From Chara braunii (taxonomy: Eukaryota > Plantae > Charophyceae), in contig BFEA01000029.1 in the NCBI GenBank assembly GCA_003427395.1, positions 4,433,157 through 4,497,156 on the forward strand: a DNA stretch of 64,000 nt, read 5' to 3'. The notes under the pieces were generated by a model, which saw only the letters and a list, made by a program, of their open reading frames with translations, was not told the origin of the DNA and did not search any database. Numbering within the stretch: the stretch's first letter is position 1; each line of letters begins with the position of its first letter. The translations under genes and the position numbers were made by a program. Below, piece after piece: positions 52,211 through 62,914 of the stretch.

Positions 52211-52385
52211 ACGGATGTCCCGAAGGACTGGGTTATTTTTTTGGCAATAGGTGGCGGCTAAGTACCCGTGAAACCTGGACAGGATGCCGGATATAGACCA
52301 ACCAGATTCAAGCAAGTACCTGTCAAACCTGGACAGGAATGTAAAAAAAAAAAAAAAAAAAAAAAAAAGACCCTGGACAGGATGG
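51761..52385. repeat. Diverged tandem repeat (about three units) that hosts the U6 insertion
   Basis: Recurring blocks ggtcgatggattggaaaaatc, ttggt(g)atcatct.tgtgggtt, caatag..ggcggctaa and ctggacaggatg. Confidence 0.75.
52127..52228 (-). ncRNA. Full-length U6 snRNA variant, most likely a retrocopy
   Basis: Minus strand GTCCTTCGGGACATCCGTTAAAATTGGAACGATACAGAGAAGATTAGCATGGCCCCTGCGCttccAAGGATAACACGCATAAATCGAGAAATGGTCCAAATT, followed by AAAA(CA)16. Nearly identical to plant U6 except for the 4-nt loop insertion. Confidence 0.92.
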
Positions 52386-52617
52386 CCTTGAGACTTTTTT
52401 AAGTTTCGTGGGCTGCACCTGACCTGCAGGTGGGCGATACGGGGCAGGGGTCAGCCGGTAGCATCAGGACAGAGCGTCTTCCATGGGCCAGTCACAGTGC
52501 CTCCCCTTCGGTCCCCTCCTCCTACGAACATCAGCCGTCACTGCTCAGTGCTGCTGAGGGTGACCAACGGGCTATCTCTAGGTGGCGCGCGCGAAGCTTG
52601 CCCACGAAGGCATATGA

Positions 52618-52692
52618 GGCCAATGGGGATTGAACCCGAAACCTCCTCAGTCTGAATGCCTATTGCAGGCCGTACCAACTGATCTAGGCCGT
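52618..52692 (-). mobile_element. tRNA-like SINE head (related to family 1)
   Basis: Minus strand cggccTAGATCAGTTGG...GGTTCAATCCCCattggcc, similar to 2875-2944. Confidence 0.55.
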
Positions 52693-53448
52693 GGATATGG
52701 GTTTATTACTTCAATAGGTACTAAAATTTGGTAGAAAATCGGGACTAAAATACAGGAAATGCAGGAAGTAGTACTCCTCGAAGTTCCCCCGAAGCAAAGG
52801 GAAAACAGGCCTCGATCCACTACTGAACATTCGACATGCACTGCATGCACTGAACATTCGACATGCACTGAACATTCGACATGCATTTGGATGCATTTTT
52901 CGACTAGGTGCATTGGGAGGAGTCCAACATCTTGAATGTATCTGGACTATTAGGCGTAGAGGAGTGAGGCCCAGTGATGCATGCTTGAATGAAGATGAGC
53001 GATGGCCATGTCGAAGGAGCGCCAGTGTGATGAACAGGACTCGAAACAGAAAGATACAATGCAATGTAGCGCAGCGGAAGACTCAAAGATATGACCTGGC
53101 ACATCAGATCCAGACTGGACTCACACAATCATCATCACACCATGTCACACAGCAAGGAGGGGAACCATACATACATGGAAGAAAGGCCCCTCCTGTACTG
53201 ACCTTGTTTGTCGTGCTCTCGCTGTTTTTGTGTTTGTCGATTGCGTAGTGCTTTGTCAGGTGTACCCACCTTCTGGTTTCTGGTGTAAGCGCAGCGTAAA
53301 GACACAACCTCCCAGCAGCGCGCTTGGACTGCGAGCTTGTCCTTTTTTTTTTTCCCCCTGGTAAGAAAATGTTCAAGATGCCAGGAAAAAAATCGCGCTT
53401 GAGAAACACAAAAAAGCTGTGTGTCTGGAAGTGAGCTGGTGTACGAAC

Positions 53449-53540
53449 GGTCTTAGCTCAGTTGGTACAACCACAAACTGTTGAAATACAGACCCAAGTT
53501 CGAATCCACGGTGCAATCAGAGGAACAGAAAAAAAAAAAA
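53449..53540 (+). mobile_element. tRNA-like SINE (family 2) with A-tract
   Basis: tcTTAGCTCAGTTGGtaca...actgttgaa.tacagacccaaGTTCGAATCC has A and B boxes; the acceptor stem does not pair. Confidence 0.55.
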
Positions 53541-53907
53541 GAATCCTGAATAATGTGGGTCCGGGGGCCGGTCAGTTCAATCGGGGTAGAAAAAGAGAGG
53601 AGGCCAATGTGCTGTCTATGTTGTACTATGGATGTGCTATGTGGCAGGTGTTATAGATATGATCTCCTTATTGTGTGCTGCGTCTGATCTCCTCCTGTGT
53701 GCTACGTCTGACACCTGTGTGCTCTCTCTTATCACCTGCACTGTTTGCATGTGGTGTCGTGCACATTACATATGTCCGAAGGGAGGACTTGACATTGAAA
53801 CACAGGATACCAAGAGCTGTACCGGATATTGTATATGGTGGAGTGCTGTCCTCTGGTCACGCCTATGTCTTCTGTGTATGTGGAGTGTTCTCAGTTTCAC
53901 CATGTCG

Positions 53908-54035
53908 CCCAGAGGTAGCGATACCTCTGACAAAAGAGGGCGACTTTACTCACGCCAACCCTGCAACCCTAGTAGACTGTCAGTTCACGCTCCTGACAAG
54001 AACGGCAAGAAGTCTGCGAAACTCGTCCGTCGCAG

Positions 54036-54093
<58 letters not shown>

Positions 54094-54359
54094 GTCATAT
54101 TCGCTATACAGTGTATACACTCAAAAAAAGCATGACTGTGCCAGGCTGTTTCGTCGGACTTTCACCGACTCATCAGGAGGTTGAACCCCGACAGTCAGTC
54201 TGCCCAGCATGCATTTGACTGATGGATATTAAGGACTCACCACATTACCCAGAGTTAGCGATACCCATCCTTGAGAGAGAAAAGTGGTCGACTTTACTCA
54301 CACCAACCTTGCAACCCTAGCAGACTGCTGGTCCAAACCCTCGACAAGAACGGTAGTAA

Positions 54360-54406
<47 letters not shown>
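53908..54406 (-). mobile_element. Two related short units, each abutting a (GT)n/(CA)n tract; one carries the hammerhead
   Basis: 53908-54016 aligns with 54248-54364 (cccagag.tagcgatacc...cgactttactcac.ccaacc.tgcaaccctag.agactg...gacaagaacgg..a.aagtctg). (GT)n tracts lie at ~54040-54092 and ~54363-54406. Confidence 0.65.
54146..54194 (-). ncRNA. Intact type III hammerhead ribozyme
   Basis: Minus strand CTGTC^GGGG-TTCAA-CCTC-CTGATGA-GTCGG-TGAAAGT-CCGAC-GAAACAG: GUC cleavage triplet, stem I (GGGG/CCUC with one G-U), conserved CUGAUGA and GAAA, stem II (5 bp), stem III (CUGU/ACAG) extended imperfectly to gcatg/catgc. Confidence 0.9.
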
Positions 54407-54411
<5 letters not shown>

Positions 54412-54545
54412 GCTACCCATGTGAGTGGGTGGAAATAATACACGATCCGCTCTGGACTTATTGGCACTTAGCACACTGGTGAGTCGAATGTGAGGTACTG
54501 CTATTGGCAATACCTGGTTTGTTTCAACCACAGATGTCCATCAAT

Positions 54546-54577
<32 letters not shown>

Positions 54578-56319
54578 TTCTCATTAGTCTTTCATTCCAC
54601 TGGTTGGAAGGGGGAATCAGACAAAGTTCGTTCATTCAACTGATACATTGACTTGTGATCTTTCACTCTTTGGTCAATAAAGGAGGGGGAAAATCTTGAA
54701 GGAGGGGGAGAGAGGAGGAGGAGGAGGAGGAGGAGGAGGAGGAGGAGGAGGAGGAGTTCTTGTTTTTCCTCAAGTCAGTTTGAGGCTCTGATTGCGATTT
54801 CCCTTCCCCTTTCTCTCAGTTCTCTCAAGCCCAACCCTGCGATAATCATGGCTGATGTAAACGGAACAGAAATCCTTTTGTAGTAATGATGACAAGGATC
54901 ATGGCATGTGTAAGTGTGGAAATGTTGGTGTACAGACCATCAGTTGTTGTGACAAGGAATCATGACAGGGGCAGTAGATGTAGGGATAAGCTGGTCGGTA
55001 TCTGGCTTTATGCAGGACTTATCACAAAACATGATGAGCAGGGTTGGGAGCAAGGTTAGGCGCAGGTTTGGGAGATGTCAGAGTGAGGCGAGGGAGGGGG
55101 AAGGGGAGCAGGGTTCGGAGCAGGGAGGGCATGAACAAAGATTCCCTTTGCCAGGGTCTAGTCCAAATCTAGTGACAGATGTCTGTGTGGATTTTTGTGG
55201 TACTTGCTCGGTTCAAGACTGTGTTTTACAAGCTGTTGTCAAATTTAGAAAGGCATCCTCACTTTTGCTGCCTTTCTGGAAGTTTTTGCTAACATGCAAC
55301 CCACTTTTCCCTTTTGATTGTGGTGGTCCCGTGCTTTGCTTACTTCGTCCTCTTCGTTCTCCTCTTTTTGTTCTCTTATGTTCCCTGTTTCCTCCTGTTG
55401 TCTATTGAACCTGTTGTCTATTGAACTCTATTGTCTTTTATTTTCATTGCTTCCTCTGTTCTCCTCTCCTTTGTCTGTCTGTCTGTCTGTATGTCCATCC
55501 GTTACTGCGTCCCTCTGTTCGTCCCTTTATTCCTTTCTCTATGTGTCCCTTTTGCCCGTCCTCCTGCGCTCCCTCTTCACATTCTCGCTCCCATGCTTGC
55601 TCCCATGCCCACTCCCTTCCTCTCTTCTGCTCTCTCCATGCATGTCCCTATGGCTGTCAATTTCTCCCCTCGTTCATCGTCTCCCTCCTTCCTTCCCTCC
55701 CTCCCTCCCTCCTCCCTCNNNNNNNNNNNNNNNNNNNNNNNNNNNNNNNNNNNNNNNNNNNNNNNNNNNNNNNNNNNNNNNNNNNNNNNNNNNNNNNNNN
55801 NNNNNNNNNNNNNNNNNNNNNNNNNNNNNNNNNNNNNNNNNNNNNNNNNNNNNNNNNNNNNNNNNNNNNNNNNNNNNNNNNNNNNNNNNNNNNNNNNNNN
55901 NNNNNNNNNNNNNNNNNNNNNNNNNNNNNNNNNNNNNNNNNNNNNNNNNNNNNNNNNNNNNNNNNNNNNNNNNNCTCCTCCTCCTCCTCCTCCTCCTCCT
56001 CCTCCTCCTCTTCCCTCTCCTCCGCCTTCATAACCAGTCTTATCTCTGCTTCGTGTTTTAATCTTTTTCATTTCTCTGTGTGTAGACTGTTCACAAGGCA
56101 TTGAAGTTTGGTTGTTGATGTAAACACTATGTGTTGCATCCAAGAAGTAATAGACATGGCTTACCATACTACGTCACGTACATTAGCGTGCACTGTTGCG
56201 ACCAGAGCTGTGTCTGTACAGCCATCTGGTTATGATGCAGGGAGGATTGAGAAGGTGAGAGAGAGGGGAAGGGAAAGAGGAAGAGAGGGGGAGTGACATA
56301 TGGAATGGCCTGCAGGATC

Positions 56320-56760
56320 CAGGGAGAGCCTTGGATGTGGAAAACTCCAGCGCTTTGTCAGTGTTCTGGCAATGGGTCCTGCATGAAGAAGAAGAAGAAG
56401 ATGTGAGGCACACCATTTCTCCGCACAGGAGGACAAATTATCTTCCAGTCCTGCTCAGCAAGTGTTGCCACTCCCCCCATCGGTGTTGCCAAGGAGATCC
56501 AATGGTCTCATTTAGGGGATTGGGCTGACATGTTCTGCACGCCAGGAGAATGACAAAAAAAAGACGTTCATGCAAGGCTTGAACGCAAGGTTTTGGAGAG
56601 TCACCAAGTTCCAAGGAGAAATCGGGCTGAATTTGGGACGGCCCGAGCTCGATGACAACCCGCGGCGCTGGGCAGTGCAAGTTGCAAGTTGCGGGGAGTG
56701 GTTTTGCACAAGTACCATCCTTCATCCCCTGGTCATATCTCAAAACAATCTCTGACGGAG
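56320..56760 (+). pseudogene. Highly decayed non-LTR reverse transcriptase fragment
   Basis: RCCQGDPM (cf. GVRQGDPL), followed by WAD and EIGLNL (cf. GLxLN) in shifted frames. Confidence 0.3.
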
Positions 56761-57456
56761 CATCAACGAAGCGAACTGCCCGCGATTGCTCTTTGTGAGA
56801 AAAGGGTTGTGGCGCTGCTTCGTTCCAGATGATGCAGTTGTCCGCAGCGGCTCCAGGTGATGCAGGTGCTTCCTTTGGGAATGGAGAGTTGTTTCATAGC
56901 ATTCACTTTCGCTTTCGGTTGACCCAGGCTTCATTGGTGAGGGAAAGAAGTGCTTTGGTGTAGTAGCCAAGCAGGTTGCTCCTTTTGGCATTGGGTATGG
57001 AAAAGGAGTACATGAGCTGGCGCTCATTAATTGTTACAGCTGATTGCGAATGCTTCAGAGAGGGCTGATTAGCCAATGTGAAATGAAGCTGCCTCCTGTG
57101 GTGCTTACTTTGGAAGGATTCCTGGTGTTAATGAATAGTAGGACATGTATGCTCTGGCATTGTGCATGAAATGAAGAGGAGTGAACTCCGACTACGAAGT
57201 GCAAGATTAGCTGGAACATGCAGCCAGCAAGCACCCTGATGAAAACCTGGCGGTGAGGAGGACCTGAAACAAAGCTGCCTGGCCTTGCTGTGCAAGTAAA
57301 CTATCAATGGGCTGGCTTGATGACATGTAAGGAAAGGAGGTTCAGGAGTCGATTTGCTGTTGAAAGGAAGAAGAGTAGGGACTCAGGAAAAGGAGGGTGT
57401 TTGTGGCTGTTCATGCACGAGATCGGTGCCTTTGACAAGCAACAGGAGGCAGCAAG

Positions 57457-60400
57457 ATGGTGTGGTGTGCGTATTGCGGGAAGGACCAGCTGCCTGAGGT
57501 CGACGAGGCAAATGGGTTCACATGCTGCACTGGATGTGGTAGGGTCATCGATGATCACCATTACTCGTCGGATGTGACGTTTTTGAAATCGGCGGATGGA
57601 TCTAGTCATGCAGAGGGGACGTTTGTGTCGCATGGGTCAACGCCTCGGGCCATCACGAGTGCGGGCCGGCAGCTGTTTGGATACCAGGGAGATTCGCATG
57701 AAAAGACGCTCGGCAAAGGAAGGAACAAGATTTACGAGATTGCTGAACAACTGAATGTGAGGCCGAGGGACGATCTTGTCAATGCGGGCCATAGGCTGTA
57801 TACGATTGCGGTGCAGCGTAACTTCACAAGAGGGCGGCGTGTCCCCCAAGTTGCAGCTGCTTGTCTCTACATCGCTTGCCGTCAAGAAAACAAGCCTTTC
57901 CTGTTGATCGACTTCTCTGACATGCTTCAGATCAACGTGTACGTCCTGGGTGCAGTTTTCCTGCAGCTTGCACAGTTGCTGCGGCTTGATGAGCATCCCA
58001 TCATGCAGAAACCGACCGATCCCAGTCTGTTCATACACCGGTTTGCGGATAAGCTTGACCTTGGGAAGAAAATGCACGCAGTCGCGAACACAGCCCTGCG
58101 GCTGGTTGCCAGCATGAAACGTGATTGGATGAACACTGGGCGGAAGCCAAGTGGAATTTGCGGTGCAGCTCTCTGGATTGCAGCACACGTGCATGGCTTT
58201 GAACGGTCCAAGCGTGACGTGGTTTCTGTCGTTCATGTGTGCGAGGTCACTCTGACAAGGCGCCTCATCGAGTTTCAGATGACTCCATCAGGAGGGCTTA
58301 CTGTCGAGGAGTTTGAGCAACGTGCGAAAGCGCTCGAGGCGCAAGGGAACATTCTCTCCCCTCCACCCAAGCTTCACAAAGTTAGTACGATGTCTTCCAT
58401 GTGTGGAGATAAAACAAGTGCTGCACTTGGGGGTGAGCAGGAGGAGGTCGCCGAGGAGGAGGAGCGTGAGCTTCTGTGCGAGCACAAGGGCACAGGTGCC
58501 CCACATTTCTCCCGGGGTCTTTGCCGCTCCTGCTACGAGGAGTTTGCGGCGGTAAGTGGCGGGCTCTGTGGTGGTGAGGATCCTCCAGCCTTTCAGCGGG
58601 CGGAGAGAAAACGGCGAAAACAGGAGGCGGGCACAAAAGATGAGGACGACGACACAGATGACCCTGAAGCTGTGCACATGGGGAAAGCTTCGAAAAGGAA
58701 GCCTGGAAAAAAACGAAATCGGGAGGTTAGCTCTTGCGAGGAGGATTCTGATTACGAGGAAATATCTGTTTGCAAGAGTAATGGCAGCAAGAAGCAGGCA
58801 CAGGGAAAGGGCGGCAGAGGTAGGGGCAGGGCGAAGGGAAGGGATGCAAGAGGGAGAGCCAGAGGTAGGGGTCAAACGAAGCAGCAACGTTCGTGTAGCG
58901 GATCAGGCGAGAGTGATGAAGACAGCTCACTCATGGAAACAGCTGCCAAGGAAGGAAGCACAGGGAAAGGTAGACATAGCCGGGGGAGGTCGAAAGGAAG
59001 AACCCGTCAGAAAAGGGCACAAGAGGTGTCCAGCACATCCGAGGAAATGGATGACAAGGGGGAGGAAAGGAGAGGGAGAGGGAGAGGGAGAGGGAGACAA
59101 GGGGAGGAAGGGGAGGAAGGGAGAGGGAGAGGGAGAGGGAGACAAGGGGCTTCACAGACTGCAAGCATGTCAGAAGATAGTGACTGTGATGACGGCCCAA
59201 ATGCCAACCGCAGTAGGAGTGGGCCTGAGCTGACACTATCAGAACAACATTTGGCCTCGACGTCACAGGCGCCTGGGCAAATGGAGCTCGAACTCGAGCT
59301 TGAAGCAGCACTTTGTAGCAATGAGATGACTAAGTTTTTTGAAGCTGCCGAAGACGGGGGGATAGAAGAGATGCTGAAGGAACTCCAAGGAGCAGCAGAC
59401 AGTTTTGAGGGTGGTGATGAGGTCATGGACGAGGAGCTCCTGCCGTCGGAAATAACAGATGCTCCCGGAACGGCAATTGAAAACGGAAGTTACGATTGCC
59501 TTGACGAAGCACGGAGTTTGATCCTTCAGGGTGAACCTGACAACACCACAGAGTGTCGATCCTTAAGGGCGAACCTGACGACACCTCAGAGCTTGATTCT
59601 TCGGGGCGAACCTGACCACACCTTAGAGCAGGGGGGGAAGGAGAAAGCCCAGACGACTCCGTTGCTACTAGGTAAGAATGGCGGAGAGGGAGATGGGGAT
59701 GAGGTTGAGGATGAGGATGAGGATGAGGATGATAGATTCTCAGATATCGATGATGACGAATTAGGATTGTACATAAACACAGAGGAAGAGGTAAAACTGA
59801 AAACTATGGTGTGGACAGAACTGAATAAAGAGTACTTGGAGGAAGAGGCAGTGAAGAAGGCTGCACTTGACAGACATGAGGCAGCGCTCAAGGCCGCAGC
59901 AGAAGCAGCGGGTACAGAAAGCGTAGCAGCATTGGCCGCAGCTGCTGCTCTGGAGGTCTTCAACAGGAAGAAGGAAAGGGGAAAGAAACCAAAAGTCGCA
60001 AATGCAGCCAAGGCATTGGGAAGGCCAGGCGAAACGGCTATGGAGGCAGCGCAGCACATGCTGGCGAGCAAGAGGTTGAGTTCTAAAGTAAATTATGAAG
60101 CTTTGGCTGAGCTTTTCGGTGATGGCGATAGTGCACCAGGCATTGTTCCAGGCGCAAGTGAAGAACCAGGTCCACATAGAGATGAAGAGGGGAATAAAAA
60201 GAGGCCAAGGACCAAGAAGAGAGTGAGTTTTGCAGATGAGATTGAAGTGAGGAAAGGTGAGAATGATGATGATGACGAGCAGAAGGACGAGGAGGAGGAG
60301 GAGGAGGAGGAGGAGGAGGAGGAGGAGAAGGGTGTTGCTCCCAGTGTAGTAGGCTTTCCGAAAGGTGAAGAGAAGGACGCTGCCGCTGCTCGTGACGGTG

Positions 60401-60597
60401 GTGATGATGAGAACGGTGCGGACGATGATTTGGACGAGGAGGAGGAGGAGGAGGAGGACGAAGGTCTACCTGATGTCCATAAGAGGGGATTTCCTGACGA
60501 GGATGACGAGAGTACTGCTTTCGGTTCATCCCAGTACAGGTTGGCATATGATCACGATGATTTCGACAATGACCCTGGTGATGCTGACTTTTTCTGA
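57457..60597 (+). CDS. BRF1: Transcription factor IIIB subunit BRF1 (TFIIB-related factor), intronless, 1046 aa
   Basis: N-terminal Zn ribbon (CAYC...CTGCG); two cyclin repeats (NFTRGRR..VAAACLYIACR; MKRDWMNTGRKPSGICGAAL); plant-type CEHK..GLCRSCY..GGEDPPAFQRAE block; C-terminal TBP-binding blocks (FSDIDDDELGLYINTEEEVKLKTMVWTELNKEYL; KRLSSKVNYEAL). Confidence 0.96.
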   Translation: MVWCAYCGKDQLPEVDEANGFTCCTGCGRVIDDHHYSSDVTFLKSADGSSHAEGTFVSHGSTPRAITSAGRQLFGYQGDSHEKTLGKGRNKIYEIAEQLNVRPRDDLVNAGHRLYTIAVQRNFTRGRRVPQVAAACLYIACRQENKPFLLIDFSDMLQINVYVLGAVFLQLAQLLRLDEHPIMQKPTDPSLFIHRFADKLDLGKKMHAVANTALRLVASMKRDWMNTGRKPSGICGAALWIAAHVHGFERSKRDVVSVVHVCEVTLTRRLIEFQMTPSGGLTVEEFEQRAKALEAQGNILSPPPKLHKVSTMSSMCGDKTSAALGGEQEEVAEEEERELLCEHKGTGAPHFSRGLCRSCYEEFAAVSGGLCGGEDPPAFQRAERKRRKQEAGTKDEDDDTDDPEAVHMGKASKRKPGKKRNREVSSCEEDSDYEEISVCKSNGSKKQAQGKGGRGRGRAKGRDARGRARGRGQTKQQRSCSGSGESDEDSSLMETAAKEGSTGKGRHSRGRSKGRTRQKRAQEVSSTSEEMDDKGEERRGRGRGRGRQGEEGEEGRGRGRGRQGASQTASMSEDSDCDDGPNANRSRSGPELTLSEQHLASTSQAPGQMELELELEAALCSNEMTKFFEAAEDGGIEEMLKELQGAADSFEGGDEVMDEELLPSEITDAPGTAIENGSYDCLDEARSLILQGEPDNTTECRSLRANLTTPQSLILRGEPDHTLEQGGKEKAQTTPLLLGKNGGEGDGDEVEDEDEDEDDRFSDIDDDELGLYINTEEEVKLKTMVWTELNKEYLEEEAVKKAALDRHEAALKAAAEAAGTESVAALAAAAALEVFNRKKERGKKPKVANAAKALGRPGETAMEAAQHMLASKRLSSKVNYEALAELFGDGDSAPGIVPGASEEPGPHRDEEGNKKRPRTKKRVSFADEIEVRKGENDDDDEQKDEEEEEEEEEEEEEKGVAPSVVGFPKGEEKDAAAARDGGDDENGADDDLDEEEEEEEDEGLPDVHKRGFPDEDDESTAFGSSQYRLAYDHDDFDNDPGDADFF

Positions 60598-60788
60598 TTT
60601 GGGAGCACTGCCTGCCTTGGCAAAGAGAACTGATGCCAGATCTGTCATTCCTGGAGATCACATCTCGATTTTTTTTCACGTTCAGCGGTGATGATGCATG
60701 CCATTGCATGGTACAAAATCGTGGGGCGCGTGACAATTCAAGCAAAACACAGGTCCAGGCAGAAAGTGCATTGGAGGGATGAGAAGTG

Positions 60789-60839
<51 letters not shown>

Positions 60840-60840
60840 N

Positions 60841-60932
<92 letters not shown>

Positions 60933-61779
60933 GATGTCATTGGTCATGCAGGGTAGAAACTGCGCATGTCCACAGCTCAGTTTGATCACCTTGTAGAAAC
61001 GGGAATCATCTGTGCACATTCCTGTGTATACAATGTACTCAGCAGAGGGGAGAAAGGTTGCAGATTGGGAGACACAAATATGAAGGGGGGAATGAGTTAG
61101 AAAAAACAAAATGGATGACTAGCTCAGTCGGAAATTGGAAGGGAGGGATGAGAGGGAGAGAGTAAGGAATTCAGCGCCGTAGAGGAGCTGTTGTTAACGA
61201 TAATGAGGGTGATGAGAGCAGGTGTGGAGGGGAAGAGTCTCTCTGTTCATTCAACTCGAATGCATACGGAATATTGCGGATGTACTGTACTGTCTGTACA
61301 CTTGCACCAACGCTTTTAACTGCTTCATCCTCTGGCAGTATGGAACAAACACAGGGGCCATGGAGACGTGCAGGGATGCACACTGCTGTTCTGATGCCAG
61401 TGTCTGTGATGCTCGATGCTCGATGCTCGATGCTCGATGCTCGATGCTCGATGCTTGATGCTTGGTAATCAACCTTCCTACGAAGCACAGAGGAACTACG
61501 ACTATGATCTTTGATGGCGTTCTTCCCCTTGCAGCATTGGTGGAATTGCGGCATAATCAAATGCAGGACGGCCGGGACATGATTGACGAGGATGATGAAA
61601 ACTCGGCCAAACTTTCAACATGGTTGTATCTGACAACTGCCGAGCAGCAGCATTGCCAATGGAGATCAGTGCGTGGATTGAATAGAACGACTGCTGAGCT
61701 AACGAGCGTGATTGACGCGGATGGCCGATGAGAGACAAGCAAGGTCGATCCAGATGAGTGGCGAGCCTGATCAGGGACA

Positions 61780-61920
61780 GGGAGCAATATGCGGAACATT
61801 ATTTCGTCAATGGTTGGACCAGTTCGTAGTAGTGTATCTCGATGATATCCTCGTGTATAGTAAAACACTACGTCTTGAGGAACATGTGAAACACTTGCGA
61901 ATGGTGCTACAGAAGGAAGT
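61780..61920 (+). pseudogene. Gypsy RT fragment
   Basis: [35 protein letters not shown] contains the YLDD motif. Confidence 0.75.
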
Positions 61921-62653
61921 TGTGAATCGACAAGGTGAATCAATGCGCTGCTGCGCGGCCTGCCCCTCTGTGTGATCATCATATTGGCGCTATGTCGTAG
62001 TTGTTTTTTGTTTTTTTGAATGCGGCTTTGCATACCCTCTGCCATCCGATGTGCTTAGCATGTTCTAGGTTCATTGAACTTCATTCAGTGTTCAGTGAAC
62101 ATGGTCATACATGAAGTTGAACTCATTCAAGACTCAAGTGAAGAGAGAATAGTGAGAAGGAAGGAAAGCTGCGGAGAAGTCTCAAGAGAAGTGAAGTGAA
62201 CTCAAAGATCAAATCTAAATTTCATTCCACCACCCCTTCTCCTCCTACTATCGCTTCCAATCTTCCAATTGATACACAAAGGTTCTGGACCTGGCACAAA
62301 CTGAAGTTCAATTGATACACAAAGGTTCTGGACCTGGCACAAACTGAAGTTCAAGTTGCCCAAAGGTGCTGGACCTGGCATCGACGAGGGCTAAACTTCA
62401 TCATAGTCTCCCAGTCTCTTACCGTTGAAGATATTCTCGAACTGAGCCTCAACAGCGGAGCACCCGACAAGGGTGGATGCCCCTCACCATCCACCGACTA
62501 CCCATGCCGGAAGAGCTCAGAGTGCTAACTAGCTATGGAGGTTCCCACCCTCTGCCAGTTCATTACCGTGGTGAGTAACAATGTCCAAGACCTGCTCTTG
62601 CTTTTCTCCTCCTCCCATAGAACAAGTTGGAGTAGTGGGTCCTCGGTCGAAGA

Positions 62654-62914
62654 GTCGCAACCCAGGCATGAAGGAGTACACTCGCGGAGTCGCAGCCCAG
62701 GTATGAAGGAGTACACTCGCAGAGTCGCAGCCCAGGCATGAAGAAGTCGTACACTCGCAGCCCAGGCATGAAGAAGTCGTACGCTCGCAGCCCAGGCATG
62801 AAGGAGTCGTACACTCACAGCCCAGGCAGGCATGAAGGAGTCGTACACTCGCAGCCCAGGCAGGCATGGAGGAGTCGTACACTCGCAGCCGAGGGATGAA
62901 GGAGTCGTACACTC
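62654..62914. repeat. ~30-34-bp minisatellite, about 8 units
   Basis: cgcagcccaggcatgaaggagtcgtacact units lie adjacent with no unique spacers. Confidence 0.9.

Noticed and set aside
53449-53515. tRNA gene (also 2875-2944, 44401-44466, 52618-52692)
   Set aside because: A and B boxes are present but acceptor and anticodon stems do not form a proper cloverleaf; treated as SINE heads.
57637-60177. Antisense and alternative-frame ORFs overlapping BRF1
   Set aside because: Shadow ORFs of a GC-rich, low-complexity coding sequence.
62654-62914. ~30-bp repeats as a CRISPR array or repeat-protein ORFs
   Set aside because: Head-to-tail minisatellite without spacers; the ORFs are by-products.
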